27,601 bases of DNA from Candidatus Aenigmatarchaeota archaeon (GTDB lineage Archaea > Aenigmatarchaeota > Aenigmatarchaeia > JACPZZ01). Where the stretch lies: positions 1 to 27,601 of the forward strand of contig JAZDLW010000004.1 in NCBI GenBank assembly GCA_043801595.1, written 5' to 3'. A program made the position numbers and the translations under genes. The number at the start of each line of letters is the position of its first letter. The stretch's first letter is position 1. Shown in pieces: positions 15,435 to 22,532 of the stretch. Under the pieces are notes generated by a model. The model worked only from the letters and a program-made list of their open reading frames with translations. It was not told the DNA's origin and did not search any database.

Positions 15435-17947
15435 TCTTTGTTAGCCTCCGTTGATATGAATCCTTCAACGTCGAATTTGCCCCAGTTCGACTTTGCAGGG
15501 TCTATTCCATCCTCACCAGGCAGGAACTGCACGATAGCATTCGTAAGGTCGCGCACAGTCATGTCGTATTTTACTTTAAGGTCCTGCAACGCGTTAACTA
15601 GCCTACGCTCCATGTAACCGCTGTGCCTTGTTCTCAATGATTTGTCCATTAATCCTTCTCTTCCGTTCAGCGAGTCCCAGAAAAATTCAAACGGCGTCAA
15701 ACCGGACTTGAAACTATTGCCTACGAAACCGTGTGATATTGGCGAAAGGTCGCCCTTCTTGAAATGGGGCAATGTTCTGTTGAGATATCCTCGGTGTATT
15801 CTTTGTCCGAGAACCGTTTCTTGTCCGATGCACGCGGCTGTCTGCGTTACGTTTACCATCGACCCTCTTGCACCCGTCCTTGCCATGAATATCGTATCAT
15901 TCTCCGGAATATGCGTACTAACAATCTCGCTGCATTCATTGACAGCCTTCGAAAGTTTCTGCATTATATAAACTTCCAGCGAAGCGGCGAGCGATCGGTC
16001 GGGAAGGCTTTCAAATTTGCCTTTGTTATACTGCTCTATCAGTTCCGCAACGTCTTCCTCGGCTTTTTTGACAGCCTTGTTAACGAGTTTTCTCGCATCT
16101 TCGGAAAGGTCGTTATCCGATATTCCGACTGTGAAACCTCTCCTGTCCAACATGGCCGTTCCGAGGCGTGAAACTTTGTTTATGAATTCGCTGACAATCT
16201 GCGGCGAATGCATTTTTTCTATCTTGTCTATTATCGCGCCTTCTTCGGATCCGATCGCGCTCTTGTCTATAACGCCCTTGACAAGCTTCCCGTCCTTTAC
16301 AACAACATTCGAATCGTCTTCAGTTTTTGCATTCTCGCCTTTGTGCCAGGTTGACTGGAATTCTATGTTCAAATCCGACGGCAACAACAGGCTGAACACG
16401 TCCTTGCCCGTGATTTTTTCCTTGTCCGGAAGTTTCACATCAATCCCCGCTGATGCAAGCAGCTGGGAAGCCTCTTCCTTTGTAAACACGGTTTCCTTTC
16501 TTGTCAAAAGGAATAATCCGGATATATGATCGTTCTTTGGTGCAATGATCGGTCCTCCGAATCTCGGCGATCGTATCTGGTTCTGCACTTCCATTAACAG
16601 CAAAGCTTCTGCCTGTGCCTCTTCGGTCTGCGGTACGTGTAAATTCATTTCATCGCCGTCGAAGTCCGCGTTGTATGGCGGACAAACACATAAATTCAGC
16701 CTAAACGTCCTGTACGGCATCACTCTTACGCGGTGGGCCATTATCGACATCCTGTGCAATGATGGCTGGCGGTTAAACAGTACGATATCGCCGTTTTGTA
16801 GGTGTCTCTCTACGGTCCATCCTACTGTTATTTCGTCTGAAATTTCGTTCTTGCTTTCTTCGGTGATCTTTTTCTTTCTTCCATCCACGCGGATCGCGTA
16901 GTTTGCACCGGGCCAAAGATTGGGACCATTCTTTACGACTTCTTTGATTATCGCAATGTTCGCTTCCGTAATCCTTATCGGCAATGTCAGCTCTTTCGCG
17001 ATTATTTCCGGAACGCCGACTTCGTCTATGTCGATATTGTTGTCCGGCGATATGACTGTGCGTGCGCAGAAATTCACTCGTTTACCTGCGAGATTGCTTC
17101 TGAAACGGCCTTCTTTAGTTTTTAACCTCTGTACCAGCGTCTTTAAACCTCGTCCTGATCTGTGTCTTGCATGCGGAACGCCCGTCAATTCGTTGTCAAA
17201 GAATGTCGAAACATGGTATTGGAGCAGTTCCCAAAGATCTTCAATTATGAAATCAGGTGCGCCTATGTCTATGTTTTCCTTCAACCTCTGGTTTATTCTT
17301 ACAATATCCACAAGTTTGTGCGTTAAATCATCTTCCGACCGCTCGCCCGTCTCAAGCGTTATGCTCGGCCTTACGGTTACAGGCGGCACTGGCATGATCG
17401 TTATGATTAACCATTCTGGCCTTATTCGTACCTTGATCAATTCAAGATCTTCGTCCGGCGTTTTTTCAAATCTTTCCCTTATTGTCATCGGGTTTAACGG
17501 CGTCTTGTCCTCCCAGAACGAATAAGGTTTTTCGAATTTTATCTCGCCTTGTTCCTCGCCGCATGCCGTGCATTTCTTGTTCGCGGTTTTCAAAAGATCT
17601 TTAAGCGTGATTTTCTCCCTGCTGGTCGTAAGAAGTTTGCCGCATTTCCTGCAAATCACTTTCAGAAGTCTGTGTATGAATTTTGAATAAAGCACATGTA
17701 CAATGGGTCTCGCCAATTCGAGATAGCCAAAATGCCCGCCGCAGTCGCCGACAGAACCACCGCATGTCCTGCATCGCAGACCAGGATCTATAACACCCAT
17801 TCGTGAGTCCATTACTCCTCCGTCTATCGGGTAACCATCAGGATCGTACAGTTCTGCGCGCGCTATTCTTACGGTTGACATTTTCAGTATCATCTTTGGC
17901 GACAGAACGCCGAATTCAATGCTTTGTATCTCTTTCATATCCACCAT
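15431..17947 (-). CDS. rpoA1: DNA-directed RNA polymerase subunit A' (Rpo1N)
   Basis: Catalytic YNADFDGDEMN, GKRVNF, FNRQPSLH and N-terminal Zn motifs; 4-nt ATGA overlap with rpoA2. Confidence 0.98.
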   Translation of the reverse strand: MVDMKEIQSIEFGVLSPKMILKMSTVRIARAELYDPDGYPIDGGVMDSRMGVIDPGLRCRTCGGSVGDCGGHFGYLELARPIVHVLYSKFIHRLLKVICRKCGKLLTTSREKITLKDLLKTANKKCTACGEEQGEIKFEKPYSFWEDKTPLNPMTIRERFEKTPDEDLELIKVRIRPEWLIITIMPVPPVTVRPSITLETGERSEDDLTHKLVDIVRINQRLKENIDIGAPDFIIEDLWELLQYHVSTFFDNELTGVPHARHRSGRGLKTLVQRLKTKEGRFRSNLAGKRVNFCARTVISPDNNIDIDEVGVPEIIAKELTLPIRITEANIAIIKEVVKNGPNLWPGANYAIRVDGRKKKITEESKNEISDEITVGWTVERHLQNGDIVLFNRQPSLHRMSIMAHRVRVMPYRTFRLNLCVCPPYNADFDGDEMNLHVPQTEEAQAEALLLMEVQNQIRSPRFGGPIIAPKNDHISGLFLLTRKETVFTKEEASQLLASAGIDVKLPDKEKITGKDVFSLLLPSDLNIEFQSTWHKGENAKTEDDSNVVVKDGKLVKGVIDKSAIGSEEGAIIDKIEKMHSPQIVSEFINKVSRLGTAMLDRRGFTVGISDNDLSEDARKLVNKAVKKAEEDVAELIEQYNKGKFESLPDRSLAASLEVYIMQKLSKAVNECSEIVSTHIPENDTIFMARTGARGSMVNVTQTAACIGQETVLGQRIHRGYLNRTLPHFKKGDLSPISHGFVGNSFKSGLTPFEFFWDSLNGREGLMDKSLRTRHSGYMERRLVNALQDLKVKYDMTVRDLTNAIVQFLPGEDGIDPAKSNWGKFDVEGFISTEANKE

Positions 17948-17953
17948 AGTTCA

Positions 17954-19762
17954 TCAACCCGGAACCTTATGCTCCCCTACCTCAACCTTCGGGTATATCA
18001 GCAGGGATTTTAACTCTTCAAGCATCAGCTTGAATGCGTATGATATTTCTATCCAGCTTATCTTCGATTCGCTGCACAACGAACACACGAGTTTATTCTT
18101 CGTACGGTCATTCATTGCTGCCAGACCGCAGTTTTCACAAATGGCAACCATGTACTTGTCCGAATCAAACCGTTCTTTCAATACCATCGCAGCACCGTGA
18201 GCTATTATGCAGTCTTTTTCCATTTCACCAAGCCTTAGACCGCCTTCCTTGGCGCGTCCTTCAGTCGGCTGCTTAGTTAACAATGCGACCGGTCCTCTTG
18301 ATCTTGCATGTATCTTGTTGGCAACCATGTGATCGAGCTTCTGGTAGTACGCAACGCCTGTGAATATCATAACATCGTATTGTTTGCCCGTCTTTCCGTC
18401 GTACATTGTTTCTTTGCCGTCTTCCCTGAAACCCAGTTTGCCAAGCGTTTCCCTGATGTAAGTTTCATCGACACCCGTGAATCCCGTGGCATCGTAATAT
18501 TCGCCGGAGATTGCGGATGTTTTACCGGTTATCATTTCAAGCAACTGTCCCATCGTCATTCGTGACGGTATTGAGTGTGTGTTGAAAAGTATGTCCGGGA
18601 CTACTCCGGATTCCGTGAACGGCATATCTTCAGGGTTGACGAGCAATCCGACTACACCCTTCTGTCCATGTCTTGAAGAAACTTTATCGCCTATTTCTAT
18701 GACTCTCTCATCACGCACGGAAATTTTTATCAGCCTATTTCCGTCTGCGGATTCCGATATCACTATTTTATCAACAATGCCCTTTTCGCCGTGTCTGACT
18801 GTTATCGAAGATTCGCGCCTGTTTTCGATTCCCGTCATGAACTCTTCGACTGTCCCGAGGAACCTCAGCGGCGATATTTTTCCTATCAGAACATCTCCGG
18901 AAACAACCGGCGTTTCGATGTTTATTATTCCGTCTTCGCCAAGGTTCTTGTAGTCAGCCTCGGACTTGTAACCGCGAACGGTCGGATCGGGTATTCTTAT
19001 TTCGTCTTCCTGTCCTCCCCAGTATTTTTTCTCGTCAGTCTCGTAAATCCTGAAATAAACGGATCTCAGCATTCCTCTGTCAACGGAACCGCGGTTTATT
19101 ACAAGCGCGTCTTCCATGTTATAACCGCCGTATGGCATTATCGCAATCACAAGATTCTGTCCGGCAGGATGCGTCGTAAGACCAACGACATCTACGGTCT
19201 CTGTACGCACCAGAGGTGTTTGCGGATAAATCAAAAGATTCGCCTTTGTGTCCGTCCTCATCAAAAAGTTTGACGCGTACATTCCCAGCGCCTGCCCTGT
19301 CATCTTTGCTCCGTAGTTTACCCTGTCTCCTCTGTTATGTTCGGCAAACGGAATCAACGACGCTGACAACCCGAGTATTATACTCGGACTTATTTCCATG
19401 TGTGTGTGTTCTTCGTCAAGATCCTTTTCCGCGAGCGCGATGTAAGCATTTTCCTCTTCTTCCGCATCCAGAAATTCTATAAATCCGCGTGCAATAAGAT
19501 CGTTCCATTGGAATTCGCCTTTCCTTAACTTCTCGATATGCTCGTCGGTCAGCTTCGGTTTTCCCTTTTCAACTACTATCAACGGGCGTCTCAGCCTGCC
19601 AGAGTCTGTGTTTATTCTAATCTCGTCGAATTCCTTGTAATAAACGATGTTCATCTTCGATGGAAGCAAACCCGCTCTCCTCTTTTTCCGGACATCCTCT
19701 ACGAATTTCTCGCCTTTGCCGGTCGTACCGACGAACTTCCCGTTAAAGTATATGTCTGCCAT
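17954..19762 (-). CDS. rpoB1: DNA-directed RNA polymerase subunit B' (Rpo2 C-terminal part)
   Basis: GYNMEDA, GDKVSSRHGQKG, YYQKLDHMV, GGLRLGEME and C-terminal Zn ribbon. Confidence 0.97.
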   Translation of the reverse strand: MADIYFNGKFVGTTGKGEKFVEDVRKKRRAGLLPSKMNIVYYKEFDEIRINTDSGRLRRPLIVVEKGKPKLTDEHIEKLRKGEFQWNDLIARGFIEFLDAEEEENAYIALAEKDLDEEHTHMEISPSIILGLSASLIPFAEHNRGDRVNYGAKMTGQALGMYASNFLMRTDTKANLLIYPQTPLVRTETVDVVGLTTHPAGQNLVIAIMPYGGYNMEDALVINRGSVDRGMLRSVYFRIYETDEKKYWGGQEDEIRIPDPTVRGYKSEADYKNLGEDGIINIETPVVSGDVLIGKISPLRFLGTVEEFMTGIENRRESSITVRHGEKGIVDKIVISESADGNRLIKISVRDERVIEIGDKVSSRHGQKGVVGLLVNPEDMPFTESGVVPDILFNTHSIPSRMTMGQLLEMITGKTSAISGEYYDATGFTGVDETYIRETLGKLGFREDGKETMYDGKTGKQYDVMIFTGVAYYQKLDHMVANKIHARSRGPVALLTKQPTEGRAKEGGLRLGEMEKDCIIAHGAAMVLKERFDSDKYMVAICENCGLAAMNDRTKNKLVCSLCSESKISWIEISYAFKLMLEELKSLLIYPKVEVGEHKVPG

Positions 19763-19768
19763 AATTCA

Positions 19769-21241
19769 TCACGCTGGATTTTCTATACTCAAAGAATCCA
19801 AAAGGTCCTTGTTTTCTTTTTCATTCATGCCAGGCGTCGCCTCGGCCATTATCGACAGGTATTTTCTCAATCCTATCGAAGGCCCTTCCGGCGTTTCCGA
19901 CGGACAAAGCCGTCCCCAATGAGTTAGATGTAATTCTCTCGCTTCAAAGTGTTCCTGCGTTGTCGTTAACGGCGACAAAACGTTTCGCAGATGTGATAAT
20001 GTTCTGATAAAATTCCCTCTCTCGAGACGCTGCGATACGCCTGTTCTCCCGCCGACCCACGCACCCGTTGCAAGCGATGAGGCAAGCTGATTCGTTAAGA
20101 CGTTAGATTCGACAACAGACTGCACCGAAGGAACTTTTCCTCTCTTTGCAAGTTTCTGGTAATTGTAACATATTCTTGTTATCAATCCCCATCTTCCAAG
20201 CAATATTGACCTGAATAAAAGTTCAAGCAGATCGCCCGACATTCTCAATCTCTTGTTTGAATAATGGTCCAAATCGTCTTCGACAACATTTCCGATCTTA
20301 AGATCTATCAGTTTTTTAGCAACCTTTGAAAGATATTTCGCCTTCTCAAGCCTGTTTTCGGGTTTCTGCCCGATATGCGGTAGCAAGTAACGGTCAATAA
20401 CCTGCTCGGCCCTAGATTTTCTGTACTCGGGCGCAACTTTGAGATGCTTGCCTATGCCGTCAAGCGCCTCTTCCACTTTCTTTATCTCACTTTCATAGAT
20501 GTTTGGATAAAATTCTTCGGTAATCTGCGCATCGCTTGATACGGCCGCGACCACATCCTTGTCCGTTTCCAAACCGAGCGCTTTAAGCAATATTATTATG
20601 GGTATTTTATGCACATTGGCAAAAGACGCCGTTATAACGCCGTCCTGTTTCATCTCAACAATGTGACGCTGGACAAAACCGTCTTTTTCGGAGTTTATTC
20701 TGGCGACACCGGCAACTGTTCCTTCTTTTTTCTCCAGTATTATTCTGTTCGGCGATATTTCCTCAACCAAAACTAACGCTCTTTCCGTTCCGTTGACTAT
20801 GAAATAAGCGCCCGGATCCTGCGGATCCTCGCCCACATTGACCAACTCTTGTTCAGAGAGTCCAGTCGTCGAACACAATTCAGTCTTAACCATGACCGGA
20901 AGATCGCCGATATGGACCATCACAGGCCTTTCCTCAATGTCGTTGATAACCTGTGTCATCTCCACGTACAAAGGCGCGGAATAAGTTAAATTTCTCAGCC
21001 TCGCTTCCATTGGAAATACTGTTCTTATGGAACCATCCGCTTCTTTTACCGAAGGCTTGCCGAGTTTTATCTTTCCAAGTTTTATTTTCAAGCTTAATTC
21101 CGGCACTTCCGGCTTTATCTCGCCTATCTGCGTTATGATTTTTTGAAGCCTGAAACTTACAAAATCATTGAACGATTCCAACTGATACTTTACAAATCCC
21201 CTTTCCTTTGCGAACGATGCAATCAAAAGTTTCGAATTCAT
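19769..21241 (-). CDS. rpoB2: DNA-directed RNA polymerase subunit B'' (Rpo2 N-terminal part)
   Basis: QLESFNDF, PMEARLRNLTYSAP, DDLDHYSNKRL, HWGRLCPSETPEG. Confidence 0.97.
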   Translation of the reverse strand: MNSKLLIASFAKERGFVKYQLESFNDFVSFRLQKIITQIGEIKPEVPELSLKIKLGKIKLGKPSVKEADGSIRTVFPMEARLRNLTYSAPLYVEMTQVINDIEERPVMVHIGDLPVMVKTELCSTTGLSEQELVNVGEDPQDPGAYFIVNGTERALVLVEEISPNRIILEKKEGTVAGVARINSEKDGFVQRHIVEMKQDGVITASFANVHKIPIIILLKALGLETDKDVVAAVSSDAQITEEFYPNIYESEIKKVEEALDGIGKHLKVAPEYRKSRAEQVIDRYLLPHIGQKPENRLEKAKYLSKVAKKLIDLKIGNVVEDDLDHYSNKRLRMSGDLLELLFRSILLGRWGLITRICYNYQKLAKRGKVPSVQSVVESNVLTNQLASSLATGAWVGGRTGVSQRLERGNFIRTLSHLRNVLSPLTTTQEHFEARELHLTHWGRLCPSETPEGPSIGLRKYLSIMAEATPGMNEKENKDLLDSLSIENPA

Positions 21242-21245
21242 TTAA

Positions 21246-21299
21246 ATCACTTTAATTTTCATTTATCATCACTTTAATTTTGTACTAAATTAAAGTGAT
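21246..21299. repeat. 14-bp direct repeat plus inverted copy in the rpoH-rpoB'' spacer
   Basis: ATCACTTTAATTTT at 21246-21259 and 21268-21281; inverted AAATTAAAGTGAT at 21287-21299. Confidence 0.85.
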
Positions 21300-21545
21300 T
21301 TACTGTTCCCTCACAACCAAACGATAATAACCGGAAACGCCCGCGGTTATGGATTGTCTCGTTATCTTTATCACATCGCCGACGTTTGCGCCTATTTCTT
21401 TTACGACAACATCATCTTCCATTATCCGCGGAAGCTGATTTATCGAGATTTTATATTTATCGAGAAGAACCTTTGTCTCGTCCGGTGTCAATATTTCATG
21501 CTTCGGAACAATCACATGATTAATGATTTTAATTTCCTCTTTCAT
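21300..21545 (-). CDS. rpoH: DNA-directed RNA polymerase subunit H (Rpo5)
   Basis: HVIVPKHEIL, QLPRI, GDVIKITRQSITAG, YYRLV. Confidence 0.96.
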   Translation of the reverse strand: MKEEIKIINHVIVPKHEILTPDETKVLLDKYKISINQLPRIMEDDVVVKEIGANVGDVIKITRQSITAGVSGYYRLVVREQ

Positions 21546-21557
21546 ACAAAACCCTTT

Positions 21558-21660
21558 TTATGAAAAAGTGTTTTGATTCCCAACAGCGAAAACCGATGTT
21601 TTAGCGCATGGTTTTGTATCACAAAACCATGAAATGATTTTGGTCTCAAACACTTCTTTT
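21558..21660 (-). other. Structured 103-nt element in the rpoH leader (candidate BHB mRNA intron or hairpin insertion)
   Basis: Outer stem GAAGTGTTTGA/TCAAAACACTTT encloses two hairpins and separates an SD-ATG at 21666 from rpoH. Confidence 0.45.
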
Positions 21661-21728
21661 ATTCATATTCCACCTTTATTGGGCCCGGCGGGATTTGAAC
21701 CCACGACTCTCGGGTATCTTTACGTCGA

Positions 21729-21897
21729 TGATCATTAACCGCTTTTTCGATCAATCCTTTCAAAGGAAACACGGTTGTTTCCTTTGCACGGCATGGGGAA
21801 ACCGAGTTTCCCTATGCACGGAAACCTATGGTTTCCGTTGAAAGCTTCGCTTTCCGTTGTTTCACAAGGATTGTGAACGGTCTCAGCTCTTTTAAGC
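21729..21897 (-). ncRNA. Candidate intron-encoded box C/D-like guide RNA within pre-tRNA-Lys
   Basis: Guide GCTTAAAAG, then AG, box D CTGA (21886-21883), stem GACCGTT/AGCGGTT and C-like box ATGATCA (21735-21729). Confidence 0.5.
21761..21854. repeat. Four tandem short hairpins with a GGAAAC/GTTTCC-type core inside the tRNA-Lys intron
   Basis: Hairpins at 21761-21786, 21791-21817, 21818-21838 and 21840-21854; TGCACGG linkers. Confidence 0.85.
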
Positions 21898-22003
21898 CAA
21901 CCGCTTAAAAGCCCGATACTCTACCAGGCTGAGTTACGGGCCCCTGTAAACCCTGATCGTTAAATTTTTTAAATTGATTACTCTGATGAAACATTGAATC
22001 ATG

Positions 22004-22176
22004 CGCCTGGGCCGGGATTTGAACCCGGGTTACGGGAGTTCTGTAATCATCAACATTCTCTTTTAATAGAACTTTTTCAAAACAATGGAAATCTTTGGAT
22101 TTCCATGCACAGGAAACTTTGTTTCCTGTGAGTTCTTTTGACAGTCCCGCGTGGTAGACCGCTACACTACCCAGGC
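22004..22176 (-). tRNA. tRNA-Asp(GTC) with a 100-nt intron at 37/38 (intron 22039-22138)
   Basis: Acceptor GCCTGGG/CCCAGGC, G73, anticodon stem CGGGA/TCCCG, loop CT-GTC-A^C; BHB helix CTGT/ACAG; mature length 73 nt. Confidence 0.93.
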
Positions 22177-22334
22177 AAAACTTCCCACTATAAAGCGTAT
22201 GCAAAACTACATATTTGTTAAAAGTTGTATCCAGATTAGAGTTGCTTATCAATAATCCACCACCAAATTGAATGCGACTTATATCCAACGACCTTTCCAT
22301 GAGTTTTTTTTCGGCCCTTTTTTCTAAAAAGGGT

Positions 22335-22455
22335 GGCAGGCAGCGTCCTAAGTTTCGCAGGACATTACGTCCAACTACACCTTAGATCGTTGGAAGTCTT
22401 AATTACCGTGTTCGAAATGGGTACGGATGTTTCCCTTCCGCTTTGACCGCCAGCC
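22335..22455 (-). rRNA. rrf: 5S ribosomal RNA
   Basis: GGCGGTCAAAGCGG...CCGTACCCATTTCGAACACGGTAATTAAG...GCGAAACTTAGGACGCTGCC; helix I GGCTGGCGG/CTGCCTGCC; about 121 nt, followed by a T-tract. Confidence 0.93.
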
Positions 22456-22476
22456 GAACCATATTATAATAAACGG

Positions 22477-22486
22477 TATATTTAAA
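22477..22486 (-). promoter_or_regulatory. TATA box of the 5S rRNA (and possibly tRNA) transcript
   Basis: CCGAAAGG-TTTAAATATA (BRE-TATA) about 22 nt upstream of the 5S 5' end. Confidence 0.65.
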
Positions 22487-22532
22487 CCTTTCGGCAGGTG
22501 TCGATTTACGAAAAAAGTCTTTTTTAGGCGTT

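Larger units (their letters stand above)
21680..21943 (-). tRNA. tRNA-Lys(TTT) with a 190-nt intron at 37/38 (intron 21716-21905)
   Basis: Acceptor GGGCCCG/CGGGCCC, anticodon stem TCGGG/CCCGA, loop CT-TTT-A^A; BHB helix CTTT/AAAG with bulges TA^A and AT^A; T-loop TTCAAAT; mature length 74 nt. Confidence 0.93.

Noticed and set aside
17954..21241. Split rpoB (and split rpoA) as a frameshift or pseudogene
   Set aside because: B''/B' and A'/A'' splits are well known in archaea; both halves have proper starts and intact motifs.
14301..21241. Inteins in RNA polymerase subunits
   Set aside because: Subunit lengths are normal and no intein insertion was seen at the conserved motifs.
21761..21854. 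Hairpin array as a CRISPR array
   Set aside because: Units are non-identical and directly adjacent, with no unique spacers; no cas genes in the window.
21716..22138. Homing endonuclease or group I intron within the tRNA introns
   Set aside because: Too short for such an ORF, no group I core recognised, and the BHB junctions explain splicing.
21905..22300. 131-aa minus-strand ORF
   Set aside because: Runs through tRNA-Asp and the tRNA-Lys 5' exon; no motifs; most likely a chance ORF.
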